Sequence record: SRR20825019_150
Length of the DNA stretch: 39,721 bases
Strand: one strand, 5' to 3'
Shown here: in pieces, positions 17,667 to 28,391 of the stretch
Numbering within the stretch: the first letter of the stretch is position 1
Layout of the letters: every line of letters begins with the position of its first letter
Program-made: the position numbers and the translations under genes
The notes under the pieces: generated by a model
Database searches by the model: none
Told to the model about the DNA's origin: nothing
Seen by the model: the letters and a program-made list of their open reading frames with translations, nothing else

Positions 17667-17720
17667 CACTGATTTCATATTTTCATCAGATTTGTACCAT
17701 TAGAAATTGGGAAGACCGCC

Positions 17721-19274
17721 ATGTCACACAGTGAAAAAAACCGTGTGCGAATATTTGACACAACTTTGCGCGACGGTGAGCAATCGCCCGGCGCGTCCAT
17801 GACGCTGGACGAAAAGCTCCAGATCGCAAGTGTACTGGAATCCATGCGGGTAGACGTGATTGAGGCAGGTTTTGCCATCGCGTCAAACGGGGATTTTGAG
17901 TGTGTTAACAAAATTGCGCAGCGGGTTAAAAACTCGACCGTTTGTTCGCTGGCGCGTGCTGCCCTCGGTGATATCGACCGGGCCGCAGAAGCGTTAAAAC
18001 CCGCGAAATCCGGCCGTATTCACACCTTTATCGCCACTAGCCCCCTGCATATGAAATATAAGCTGCAGATGGAGCCTGAAGCGGTGATCGAGGCGATCCA
18101 TAAATCGGTGAGCCATGCACGCGGCCTTATCGATGATGTGGAATGGTCGGCCGAAGACGCAACGCGCACCGAGATTGATTTCCTCTGCCGTGCGGTGGAA
18201 ACCGCGATCAAGGCCGGGGCCACCACCATCAACCTGCCGGACACGGTGGGGTATGCCACGCCGGAGGAATATGCCCAGATGTTCCGCACCGTGATCGAGC
18301 GGGTGCCGGACGCGGACAAAGCCATTTTCTCCACCCATTGTCATAACGACCTTGGCCTTGCGGTTGCCAACTCGCTTGCGGGTGTTATGGGCGGCGCACG
18401 GCAAATTGAATGCACCATCAACGGTATTGGTGAGCGTGCTGGTAACGCCGCGATGGAAGAGGTGGTGATGGCGCTTCGAACGCGCGGTGACGTGATGCCG
18501 TATCACACCCGTATCGTGACCGAAGAAATCATGCGCGCGTCCCGCCTCGTTTCCACCGTGACCGGTTTTACCGTGCAGAACAACAAGGCCATTGTGGGTG
18601 CCAACGCCTTTGCGCATGAAAGTGGCATCCATCAGGACGGTATGCTCAAAAACGCTGAAACCTATGAGATCATGACCCCGGAATCGGTGGGTGTGACCAA
18701 ATCACTCCTGACCATGGGTAAACACTCCGGCCGTCACGCGTTCGCCGACAAGCTCAAGGACCTTGGTTACGAGCTTGGTGATAACGCTTTTCAGGAATGT
18801 TTCCGTCGCTTCAAGGAGTTGGGGGACCGCAAGAAAAATATCTATGACGAAGATATTGTCGCCCTTGTGGATGACGAGGTGGCCACGTGGTCAAACCGCT
18901 ATCAGGTCACCGCGCTCAATACCTATTCTTCGTCAAGTGGGGAAGCGGTTGCCAACCTCACCATGGAAATTGATGGTGAGAAATGCAAAACCGTTACTTA
19001 TGGCTCAGGCCCCGTGGATGCCGCGTTTAACGCGATCAAGGATCTGATCGACATCGAGCCACACCTGCAGCTTTTCCAGGTGCATGCGGTAACACAAGGC
19101 ACCGACGCGCAGGCGGAATGCACCGTGCGCTTGGAGGAAGGTGGCCGCACGGTGAACGGGCAAGGCGCACATGAAGACACGGTCACGGCTGCTGCGCGGG
19201 CTTATGTGTCTGCGGTAAACAAGCTTATCGTCAAGCGTGAGAAAAAGGCACCGGGCCCCGTTGCTGCGCAGTAG
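17721..19274 (+). CDS. leuA: 2-isopropylmalate synthase
   Basis: IFDTTLRDGEQSPG, IEAGF, LPDTVG, HCHNDLG, NGIGERAGNA, AFAHESGIHQDG and GKHSGRHA, plus the C-terminal regulatory domain (GPVDA). Confidence 0.98.
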   Translation: MSHSEKNRVRIFDTTLRDGEQSPGASMTLDEKLQIASVLESMRVDVIEAGFAIASNGDFECVNKIAQRVKNSTVCSLARAALGDIDRAAEALKPAKSGRIHTFIATSPLHMKYKLQMEPEAVIEAIHKSVSHARGLIDDVEWSAEDATRTEIDFLCRAVETAIKAGATTINLPDTVGYATPEEYAQMFRTVIERVPDADKAIFSTHCHNDLGLAVANSLAGVMGGARQIECTINGIGERAGNAAMEEVVMALRTRGDVMPYHTRIVTEEIMRASRLVSTVTGFTVQNNKAIVGANAFAHESGIHQDGMLKNAETYEIMTPESVGVTKSLLTMGKHSGRHAFADKLKDLGYELGDNAFQECFRRFKELGDRKKNIYDEDIVALVDDEVATWSNRYQVTALNTYSSSSGEAVANLTMEIDGEKCKTVTYGSGPVDAAFNAIKDLIDIEPHLQLFQVHAVTQGTDAQAECTVRLEEGGRTVNGQGAHEDTVTAAARAYVSAVNKLIVKREKKAPGPVAAQ

Positions 19275-19298
19275 CGTGCATTGGGTTTGATGACAGGG

Positions 19299-19322
19299 AA
19301 GCGGCTTTCGGGCCGCTTTTTT
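19299..19322 (+). terminator. Rho-independent terminator after leuA
   Basis: AAGCGGCT-TTCG-GGCCGCTT followed by TTTT. Confidence 0.85.
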
Positions 19323-19399
19323 GTTGCGCACCATTTTCCAAATGCTTGTTTTGCCTGAGAAAACTCCCTATTTGAAAAGGACACAAATGGGCGAAGTAT

Positions 19400-20119
19400 A
19401 TGGGCAGATTATCAGACTGGAGAGACAGTGCCGAGCGCGCAGATAGCCGCTTGTTGATGGCCATTGTGCTGATGGTTGCGATCATGGCAACCCAGCTTAT
19501 TAGCTCCCTTTTCTTCGGCTTTGCCTTTGGTGCTTTCGCGGGCACATCTATCATGCCGCTGGTGTTGGCCTTTGCGGCACTTACGAGCTACGCGGTTGTG
19601 CTCAGCCTGGTCTGGCGAAACCTGAGGGCCGATGAGGGTATTAGCCTTGCGGACATTGGCTTAAGAGCGGGGCGCTTCTCCTGGCCGCTGACGCTTGGCC
19701 TCGCGGTTATCATTTACCTCACCTGCAGCATGATCGTTGGTGTCTATGTACAGGTAACGGGCTATGTGAACGAGCAACAGGTTGCAGCTTGGGTGAGTGA
19801 GAGCCAGGGCATGAGCCCCATTGTGGTGGGCCTGTTAGTACTCGCCATCGTGGTGATTGGCCCTGCGGTTGAGGAACTGGTTTTTCGCGGTTACCTGCAA
19901 ACAGCGCTTGCAGAAAAAATACCACCATGGGCGGCCGTGGTTATCAGCTCACTGGTGTTCGGTGCCTTTCATATGGAGCTGGGCGCTTTCCCACTTCTTG
20001 TGATGGTGGGTGCCGCATTTGGGGCTGTGTATCAGATAACAGGCACGTTATGGCCTGCGATCCTCATGCATATGGTTAGTAATGGCCTCGCGATTATCCA
20101 AATTTTCAATGGTGAGTAG
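19400..20119 (+). CDS. CPBP (CAAX/Abi) family intramembrane metalloprotease
   Basis: Multiple TM helices; P.VEELVFRGYL, FGAFH and AILMHMVSN motifs. Confidence 0.92.
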   Translation: MGRLSDWRDSAERADSRLLMAIVLMVAIMATQLISSLFFGFAFGAFAGTSIMPLVLAFAALTSYAVVLSLVWRNLRADEGISLADIGLRAGRFSWPLTLGLAVIIYLTCSMIVGVYVQVTGYVNEQQVAAWVSESQGMSPIVVGLLVLAIVVIGPAVEELVFRGYLQTALAEKIPPWAAVVISSLVFGAFHMELGAFPLLVMVGAAFGAVYQITGTLWPAILMHMVSNGLAIIQIFNGE

Positions 20120-20190
20120 GCTACTGGTTTTGGTGCGGCCTGTTTCAGTGTAAACTTCCACCAACGGCAAACAGCACGAAAGGGACGGCA

Positions 20191-21135
20191 ATGAGCAGAC
20201 TGGCAGATCAGGAACCTGAATGCAGAAGTGAAGGCTGCCCGGACGCGGTTGATGCAGTGATCATCCCGCGCACCAGCGATATTGGCGGCTTTACCGTTGA
20301 GCGTGCTTTGCCGTCGCGCAAAAAGCGTATGATCGGGCCCTTTGTGTTCTGGGACCAGATGGGGCCGGGTGAGTTTCTCGCAGGCGACGGCATTGATGTC
20401 AGGCCCCATCCGCACATTGGTCTCTCCACCGTCACTTACCTGTTTGACGGCACGATGGACCACCGGGATTCGCTTGGCACCCATATGACCATCAAGCCCG
20501 GTGATATGAATCTGATGACAGCGGGCAGCGGCATTGTGCATTCCGAACGCACTGGCGCTGAGGATCGCGAGCGCACATCCCGGCTGTATGGCATCCAAAG
20601 CTGGCTGGCGTTGCCTAAAATTCATGAGGAAGGCGAGGCTGCTTTCAAGCATTTCGGTGCAGACGACCTGCCCACGCTGGATGCAGAGGGACTTGAGGTG
20701 CAGATGATCATGGGGGAGGCCTTTGGCCTTCAGTCACCGGTGGAGGTGCCGTGGAACACGCTATACGCCAATGTGCGCATGGCGGCAGGCGCGGTGCTGC
20801 CGCTACCCCGCGAGACGGAAGAACGAGCTATCTACATCGTCAGCGGCAGTGTGAGCCTTTGCGGAGCCGAATATGGCGCGGGTCAGATGATCAGCCTGCG
20901 CTCCGGCACAGATGTGGCTGTGCGGGCGGAAGCAGACACCCACCTGATGCTGTTGGGCGGTGCTGTGATGGATGGCCCCAGATATATCTGGTGGAACTTT
21001 GTGGGCTCCCGGATTGACCAGATCCGGGATGCGGCTGAGCGTTGGCAGGCAGGCGAGTTTGCCAAGGTGCCGGGGGATGACAAGGAGTTTATCCCGCTGC
21101 CGGATATCGGCACGCTTGACCGCGTAAAGGCTTGA
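20191..21135 (+). CDS. Pirin family protein
   Basis: GPFVFWDQMGP, DVRPHPHIGLSTVTY, HRDSLG, MTAGSGIVHSE, GIQSWLALP and WWNFV. Confidence 0.95.
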   Translation: MSRLADQEPECRSEGCPDAVDAVIIPRTSDIGGFTVERALPSRKKRMIGPFVFWDQMGPGEFLAGDGIDVRPHPHIGLSTVTYLFDGTMDHRDSLGTHMTIKPGDMNLMTAGSGIVHSERTGAEDRERTSRLYGIQSWLALPKIHEEGEAAFKHFGADDLPTLDAEGLEVQMIMGEAFGLQSPVEVPWNTLYANVRMAAGAVLPLPRETEERAIYIVSGSVSLCGAEYGAGQMISLRSGTDVAVRAEADTHLMLLGGAVMDGPRYIWWNFVGSRIDQIRDAAERWQAGEFAKVPGDDKEFIPLPDIGTLDRVKA

Positions 21136-21345
21136 GGGTTGAGGTATGTAAAACACTGAAAATCGTTAAAGTTTTAGTAGTTAGGGTGCCTACACCCCGT
21201 AAATTCGCCTCATTCGCCGGTAAATTACAAAATATAGTGCGAACGGCGCGCTTGGCCCTTGTGTCCGGGCAATATCTGGCCCATAACCGCATAAACGGGA
21301 GGGCCAATACTGGCCCCAAGAGCAATAGAAAATTAAGAGGGTTAA

Positions 21346-22380
<1,035 letters not shown>

Positions 22381-22468
22381 TCGGTATTATGCGTACCACA
22401 CGGCTTTAAGACAAATAGGGCGATAAGCGCACACACGCGTTTGAGGAGGTTGACCGCTGGTCCCGACA

Positions 22469-23344
22469 ATGCATTCAGGAGGCTTGGCATCTAGCCCTCG
22501 CCTGCGCAGAGGCGGGCGGGGCCGTGAGGTCTTATGGCTTTATCTCTTTATTGCTGTCGCCCTTTTGGTGCTTGAAGGTGTTGGGCAAGGGCTCCCACGC
22601 CAGATACGTGCTTATGCAAACGATGTAGTCTCTCCCGTTTTACGGCTGCTTGAACAGCCTATCCGTGCCGTGCAGGCCGGGCTTGAGCGTATCGCTGGTG
22701 TTTCCGACATCTATCTTGAAAATGAAACGTTACGGGACGAGAACGACCGCCTGCGCCAGTGGCGTGAAGCGGCCATGCAGCTCAGCCGTGAGAATGAACG
22801 CCTGCGCCTGATGCTCAAGGTTCCGGGTCGGGAAGTGCCGCCTGCGGCAACTGCCCGTGTGATCGGTGTTGGTGGTGGCGCGTTTGAGCGTAGTGTGCTG
22901 ATAAGCGCGGGCGCGAGCGATAACGTGCGGCGCAACCTGCCGGTGGTGGATGAAAGCGGCGTGATTGGCCGCACCATTCAGGTTGGCCGCTGGACCAGCC
23001 GCGTGCTGCTGGTAACTGACCTCAACAGCCGTGTGCCTGTACGGCTTGAACGCACAGGTGACCTGGCCATTGCTGAAGGCCAGAACGAACCGTTCCTGTT
23101 GCTGCGTTTTCTGCCTGAGGAAGTAACCGTGCGTGTTGGGGACAGGCTTTTGACCTCCGGCCACGGTGGAGCGTTCCCGCCAGACCTGCCGGTCGCACGC
23201 GTCAGCGATGTGTCGGGTGATCTTATCCGGCTTGAGCCGCTTGGTATCCTCGGGAAACTGGATTATGTACGGGTGCTGGATTACCGCGCCGTACCGGTAG
23301 ATGATGTAATAGAAGTACCCGCGGATGGGGAGGGCGAACAATGA
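22469..23344 (+). CDS. mreC: Rod shape-determining protein MreC
   Basis: TM helix, coiled coil (ENETLRDEN..L...EN.RL), ARVIG, GVIGR, VLLVTDLNSRVPV and TSGHGGAFPPDLPV; operon position. Confidence 0.93.
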   Translation: MHSGGLASSPRLRRGGRGREVLWLYLFIAVALLVLEGVGQGLPRQIRAYANDVVSPVLRLLEQPIRAVQAGLERIAGVSDIYLENETLRDENDRLRQWREAAMQLSRENERLRLMLKVPGREVPPAATARVIGVGGGAFERSVLISAGASDNVRRNLPVVDESGVIGRTIQVGRWTSRVLLVTDLNSRVPVRLERTGDLAIAEGQNEPFLLLRFLPEEVTVRVGDRLLTSGHGGAFPPDLPVARVSDVSGDLIRLEPLGILGKLDYVRVLDYRAVPVDDVIEVPADGEGEQ

Positions 23345-23847
23345 ACGCGCGCCGCCCAGTTATCACCTCGTTTGGCTTTGCGGGACTTTCCCCGGTAATC
23401 AGCACCTTTGTGTTGGCGATGCTCATGCTGCTGCCCATCGGTACAGGCGCGGCGAATGTTGCGATGCCACATCTGGTGATGATTGCAGTGTTCTACTGGC
23501 TGTCATCCCGCCCGCTTCTGATGCCATATGGCGCGTGCGCGGTGCTTGGTTTTATGCTTGACCTTTGGCTTGATGTACCGCTTGGGCTCAATATGGTGCT
23601 TCTGTTGCTCACACGACTTTTTGTGCTCAACCAGCTCAAACATTTTAAGGGTCGTAACCGAATTGTGCACTGGGCTGTCTTTACGGTGCTGAGCCTTGGG
23701 TTGTATATTCTTTCCTGGCTCCTTGTTTCTGCGGTGTATGGTGCGTTCTGGCCATTACAGCCGATCATGTTGCAATGGGCCGTAACGGCATTTTCCTATG
23801 CGCCCGTGGCTTTTGTGCTGGGGCGCCTGCGTAGAGCGATCCTTTAA
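23341..23847 (+). CDS. mreD: Rod shape-determining protein MreD
   Basis: Hydrophobic protein with P.L..IAVFYW...RP and LG...DL...PLG; ATGA overlap with mreC. Confidence 0.9.
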   Translation: MNARRPVITSFGFAGLSPVISTFVLAMLMLLPIGTGAANVAMPHLVMIAVFYWLSSRPLLMPYGACAVLGFMLDLWLDVPLGLNMVLLLLTRLFVLNQLKHFKGRNRIVHWAVFTVLSLGLYILSWLLVSAVYGAFWPLQPIMLQWAVTAFSYAPVAFVLGRLRRAIL

Positions 23848-23850
23848 GGT

Positions 23851-25695
23851 ATGGCAAGAGAAGGTCTTCGGTATCAGACATTTTCACGACGGGCTTTCCT
23901 GCTTGCAGGCGGGCAGGGGCTTGCCATGGTCGCGCTTGGTGGCCGGCTTTATTATCTCTCCATCGTTGAGGGGGAAAAATACAAGCTGCGTGCGGAACGT
24001 AACCGGGTTGCCATTCGCCTGATCACACCCGAGCGCGGTGAAATTCTTGACAGGTATAATCGCAAACTCGCGACTAACAGGCAGGATTTCCGGGTTTTCC
24101 TGATCCCCGAGCAGGCGGACGAGATTGCGCACACACTGACGAAAATTGGCCATATTGTTAAGCTGGACGAACGGCGACTGTCGCGCCTTGAACGCCAGAT
24201 AAAAAAACAGCGGAAGTTTGTGCCTGTAACCGTGGCGCAGGGGCTTGATTGGCGCACGTTTGCACGGGTGAATGTGGCGGTGCCTGACCTGCCGGGTGTG
24301 GTAACAGATGCAGGCCGCTCGCGTTATTATCCAAACGGGCATGAGATCGCTCACCTGGTGGGGTATACCGCCAGCCCGAACGAGGAAGATGTAGCGCTGA
24401 ACCCGCTTTACCAGTTGCCGGGTTTCAAGGTTGGCAGGCAAGGGCTTGAGCGTCGCTATGAAGACAGGCTGCGCGGGTCCGCGGGTACACGGCGGGTTGA
24501 GGTTAACTCGGTGGGTCGTGAAATTCGTGAGTTGCCGCCTCGGCAGGATGCGTCCGCGGGGAATAACCTGAAGCTCACCATTGACCTTGAGTTGCAGAAA
24601 TATGTGATTAACCAGCTTGGTGAAGAAGCTGCTGGTGTTGTGGCTATTGATATCAAAACCGGTGAGCTGCTTGCGATGGCGTCGGCTCCCACCTATGACC
24701 CGAACGAGTTTACACGTGGCATCAGCAACGAAAACTGGCAAGCGCTTCTGAAAGACCCGCGCAAGCCGCTCTTGAACAAGTGCGTAACGGGGCAATATCC
24801 ACCCGGATCAACCATCAAGCCCGTTGTCGCGCTGGCGGCCCTTGAGCAGGGCATCGTGAAGCCTGAGACTGAATATTACTGCAATGGGGCACACCGGCTG
24901 GGTAACCATACCTTCAACTGCTGGAAACGTGGTGGGCACGGCAAACAGGACCTTCTGGGCGCCATAGCCAATAGTTGCGACGTATATTTTTATAAGGTCG
25001 CGCAAGAGATGGACGTCGACCATATCGCGGATATGGCCTCGCGTTTTGGCCTTGGTGAACTTTACGATCTGGGTATTGATGGTGAGAGAGCGGGCCTTGT
25101 GCCGGACAAAGCCTGGAAACGGGCGGTGCTGAACGAGCCGTGGCACACGGGCGAAACGCTGAATGTCTCCATTGGGCAGGGCGCTATGTTGGCAACACCG
25201 CTGCAGCTTGCTGTGATGACAGCGCGGGTGGCGTCTGGCAGGCGCATATATCCAACCCTTGTGTCGATGCCGGGGGAAGAAGAGTTCAGGGCCGAAAGTT
25301 TTGGTGCCATGGAAGTGAACCCACTGCATATGCGCCTCGCGCGGCGCGGCATGGAGATGGTTACGGAGGTGGGCGGCACAGCGCACGATTACCGCAGGCC
25401 AAAAAGCGCGATGAAGATTGCGGGTAAATCCGGCACCGCGCAGGTGCGGCGAATAACAAAAGAAGAACGCGTTGAAGGTGTGATCGATAACGCAGACCTG
25501 CCATGGAATATGCGGGATCATGCTCTTTTCATTGCTTATGGCCCGGTTGAAGATCCAGAGATTGCTGTTTCTGTTCTGGTGCAGCACGGTGGCGGTGGTT
25601 CCAAGGTTGCGGCACCGATTGCGCGCGCCGTGCTCGACAAAGCCATTGAGATGCGCCGTGCTCTCGAGCCGGTAGCGGAAGAGAAGAAAACCTGA
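23851..25695 (+). CDS. mrdA: Penicillin-binding protein 2
   Basis: TM helix, PERGEILDR, RYYP, G.QGLE..YE..LRG, active-site YPPGSTIK, SCD and GKSGTAQ, plus DHALF. Confidence 0.96.
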   Translation: MAREGLRYQTFSRRAFLLAGGQGLAMVALGGRLYYLSIVEGEKYKLRAERNRVAIRLITPERGEILDRYNRKLATNRQDFRVFLIPEQADEIAHTLTKIGHIVKLDERRLSRLERQIKKQRKFVPVTVAQGLDWRTFARVNVAVPDLPGVVTDAGRSRYYPNGHEIAHLVGYTASPNEEDVALNPLYQLPGFKVGRQGLERRYEDRLRGSAGTRRVEVNSVGREIRELPPRQDASAGNNLKLTIDLELQKYVINQLGEEAAGVVAIDIKTGELLAMASAPTYDPNEFTRGISNENWQALLKDPRKPLLNKCVTGQYPPGSTIKPVVALAALEQGIVKPETEYYCNGAHRLGNHTFNCWKRGGHGKQDLLGAIANSCDVYFYKVAQEMDVDHIADMASRFGLGELYDLGIDGERAGLVPDKAWKRAVLNEPWHTGETLNVSIGQGAMLATPLQLAVMTARVASGRRIYPTLVSMPGEEEFRAESFGAMEVNPLHMRLARRGMEMVTEVGGTAHDYRRPKSAMKIAGKSGTAQVRRITKEERVEGVIDNADLPWNMRDHALFIAYGPVEDPEIAVSVLVQHGGGGSKVAAPIARAVLDKAIEMRRALEPVAEEKKT

Positions 25696-26849
25696 TGGGG
25701 ACAGCACGCATGTTTGGCCCGCGCAGGGTCCGCAAAAATATCTTCCAGCGCCTTGCTGAGCTGAACTGGAGCATTGTATTCCTCAATATGCTGATCGCCG
25801 GTGCCGGTTTTGCCATGCTTTATTCCGTGGCGGGCGGCGCGTGGGAGCCTTGGGCTTCCACCCAGGCCACACGTTTTGGCGGTGCTTTTGTGTTGATGCT
25901 CGTGATCGCGACGGTAGATATTCGCTACTGGATGGCGCTTGCCTACCCCGCGTGGTTTCTTGGTATTGCGCTTTTGCTTGCGGTAGAGGTCGTTGGCTCA
26001 ACAGGCATGGGCGGGCAGCGCTGGCTTGATATCGGCATAATGCGTATCCAGCCGTCCGAACTAACGAAAATCGCGGTGGTGATGTCGCTCGCGCGGTATT
26101 TCCATGGCCGGAACTATGACCAGAGCCGAAGCCTGCGCTCGCTTCTCACACCCGCGGTCCTGATCATGGTGCCCGTGGCGCTTGTGGTACGGCAGCCAGA
26201 TCTTGGCACAGGCTTGATGATTGTGGCGGGTGGCGGTGCTATCCTCTTCCTCGCGGGCTTGCCTGCGTGGCTTTTTGTGGGGGCATTTATTGCGATCGCT
26301 GCCGCAATCCCGGTTGGGTGGCAGTTCATGCGTGACTATCAGCGCGACAGGGTCCTCACCTTCCTCAATCCGGAAGCCGACCCGTTAGGTGCAGGTTATC
26401 AGATCACACAGTCGAAAATTGCGCTGGGCTCAGGCGGGCTTACCGGCAAGGGCTTTCTGGAAGGCACGCAAAGCCAGCTTAATTTCCTGCCGGAGATGAA
26501 AACCGACTTTATCTTCACCGTGCTTGCGGAAGAGTTTGGCCTGATTGGTGCTGTCAGTGTGCTTGCGCTCTATATGATCGTGCTGGTTTACGGCATGCTC
26601 ATTGGTATCGGGTGCAGAAGTCAGTTTGGGCGGTTGCTGGCCAGTGGCTTGGCGATGACGCTTTTCCTTTATGTGCTGATCAATGTGGCCATGGTGATGG
26701 GATTGATGCCGGTGGTGGGCGTGCCGCTCCCCATGATCTCATATGGTGGTTCGGCTATGCTCACATGGATGATTGCGTATGGGCTTATCCTCTCGGTCGC
26801 CATCCACAGGGACGTATCCCTTGCGCCAAAGGGCAGCGGGCTGGCCTAG
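25695..26849 (+). CDS. rodA: Rod shape-determining SEDS glycosyltransferase RodA
   Basis: GGQRWLDIG..RIQPSE..K, QPDLGT, YQRDRVLTFL.PE.DPLGAGYQI.QS.IALGSGG, TDFIF and PVVGVPLP.ISYGGS. Confidence 0.97.
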   Translation: MGTARMFGPRRVRKNIFQRLAELNWSIVFLNMLIAGAGFAMLYSVAGGAWEPWASTQATRFGGAFVLMLVIATVDIRYWMALAYPAWFLGIALLLAVEVVGSTGMGGQRWLDIGIMRIQPSELTKIAVVMSLARYFHGRNYDQSRSLRSLLTPAVLIMVPVALVVRQPDLGTGLMIVAGGGAILFLAGLPAWLFVGAFIAIAAAIPVGWQFMRDYQRDRVLTFLNPEADPLGAGYQITQSKIALGSGGLTGKGFLEGTQSQLNFLPEMKTDFIFTVLAEEFGLIGAVSVLALYMIVLVYGMLIGIGCRSQFGRLLASGLAMTLFLYVLINVAMVMGLMPVVGVPLPMISYGGSAMLTWMIAYGLILSVAIHRDVSLAPKGSGLA

Positions 26850-26884
26850 GTTGCGCATGGGCTGCATATGCGGCCTATCTTGGC

Positions 26885-26912
26885 TTGATCACACGCGATA
26901 TCACGCTATTCT
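26885..26912 (+). promoter_or_regulatory. Putative promoter of the amidohydrolase gene
   Basis: TTGATC, 16 bp, TATTCT. Confidence 0.4.
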
Positions 26913-26939
26913 CCCTCTTAACTATAAAGAGGGGTTCTT

Positions 26940-28250
26940 ATGAAAAAGTTGATTACAGGTGCTGCGCTTGCAGCGCTTATGTCTGGTGCGTCTTTTGCCG
27001 CTGATTTGCGGGATGATGTAGCGGCGGATTATAGCTATCTGGAAAGTCTCTATATCCATCTGCACCAAAACCCGGAACTGTCCACACAGGAAGAGAAAAC
27101 CGCAAAGCGGGTTGCTGAGGAGCTGAAGGCTGTTGGCTATGACGTGACCACGAACTTTGGCGGGCACGGCGTTGTGGCGGTGATGAAAAACGGCGAAGGA
27201 CCAACGGTTCTGGTACGCGCTGATATGGACGGGTTGCCAGTGAAAGAGCAGACCGGCCTTGAGTATGCGAGCGAGGTGATGGCGACCGATGACGACGGCA
27301 CTGTTGTGCCAGTAATGCATGCCTGTGGGCATGATATGCACATGACCAGCATGATCGGCACCGCGCGGCGCCTTGCCGCCCTGCGTGACACATGGTCTGG
27401 CACCGTTGTTATGGTTGGCCAGCCAGCGGAAGAGCGCACAATGGGCGCTGAAGCCATGATCAAGGAAGGGCTTTTTGAGCGTTTCCCGCGTCCTGACTAT
27501 AACCTTGCGCTGCATGTATCGCCCGCGATCCGTGCTGGTGATATCGGTATCGTATCGGGCTATGCACTTGCGAATGTGGATTCGGCCGACATCGCCATCA
27601 AGGGCATTGGTGGCCATGGGGCTTACCCTCACACCACAAAAGACCCTGTCGTGCTGGCATCCTATATCGTTGCATCGCTGCAAACGCTGGTGGCACGCGA
27701 AACGTCACCGCTCGAATCCGGTGTTGTGACGGTGGGGTCCATTCACGCGGGCACCAAACACAATATTATTTCAGACAATGCGCATCTGCAGATCACAATC
27801 CGGTCCTATGCAGATGACGTGCGGCAGAACCTGAAAGATGGTGTTGTGCGTATCGCGCGCGGGCAGGCAATCGCCTTTGGTTTGCCGGAAGATAAAATGC
27901 CGGAAGTGACTTTCTCTGAAGGCACGCCGTCTACCTATAACGACCCGGAGCTGACAGCAACGCTGCAGGCTGCGCTGACGGAGAAGATGGGGGCTGAGCA
28001 TGTTTATGAGGCAGACCCGGTGATGGCGGCGGAGGATTTCTCCCTCTTTGGTCGCACAGATCCAAAAATTCCAAGCGTGATGTTGTGGCTTGGCGCAACC
28101 AAAGCTGAGGCAGTGGAAGCTTCAAAAAATGGCGGCGCGGCGCTACCGAGCTTGCATTCTCCGCTTTTTGGGCCAGACAGGGAGCCGACAATCAAAGGCG
28201 GTGTTGAGGCGATGACAACAGCAGCGTTGTCGCTTCTGGCGAAGAAATAG
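26940..28250 (+). CDS. Secreted M20 family amidohydrolase (M20D, hippurate hydrolase-like)
   Basis: Sec signal peptide ending ASFA; HLHQNPELS.QE, RADMDGLP, MHACGHD.H, QPAEE, GGHGAYPH, AEDFS and LHSP. Confidence 0.93.
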   Translation: MKKLITGAALAALMSGASFAADLRDDVAADYSYLESLYIHLHQNPELSTQEEKTAKRVAEELKAVGYDVTTNFGGHGVVAVMKNGEGPTVLVRADMDGLPVKEQTGLEYASEVMATDDDGTVVPVMHACGHDMHMTSMIGTARRLAALRDTWSGTVVMVGQPAEERTMGAEAMIKEGLFERFPRPDYNLALHVSPAIRAGDIGIVSGYALANVDSADIAIKGIGGHGAYPHTTKDPVVLASYIVASLQTLVARETSPLESGVVTVGSIHAGTKHNIISDNAHLQITIRSYADDVRQNLKDGVVRIARGQAIAFGLPEDKMPEVTFSEGTPSTYNDPELTATLQAALTEKMGAEHVYEADPVMAAEDFSLFGRTDPKIPSVMLWLGATKAEAVEASKNGGAALPSLHSPLFGPDREPTIKGGVEAMTTAALSLLAKK

Positions 28251-28330
28251 AACAACAGCTGGGGCTGGGGCGCATGTTCCAGCCTCATCTCTGGCTATTA
28301 CTATGGCCAATACTCTGCCCACGGGGCTGG

Positions 28331-28351
28331 AAACGTTAGCGGATAACGTTT
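28331..28351. promoter_or_regulatory. Zur-box-like operator upstream of zur
   Basis: Perfect 8-5-8 inverted repeat AAACGTTA-GCGGA-TAACGTTT filling the spacer of a candidate promoter TGGAAA (28328-33), 17 bp, TACTAT (28351-56). Confidence 0.55.
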
Positions 28352-28391
28352 ACTATCGCTGAAATAACGGTAACACGCTGAAGGAAGACAA

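Noticed and set aside
19400..20119. CPBP/'Abi' protease as an abortive-infection gene
   Set aside because: The Abi label for this family is historical; these are common intramembrane proteases and there is no defence context here.
21333..21345. CtrA box upstream of mreB (also TTAA pairs at 33938-33954 and near 39599)
   Set aside because: The TTAA spacings are 5, 9 and 8 (the last with an imperfect half-site) rather than the TTAA-N7-TTAA consensus.
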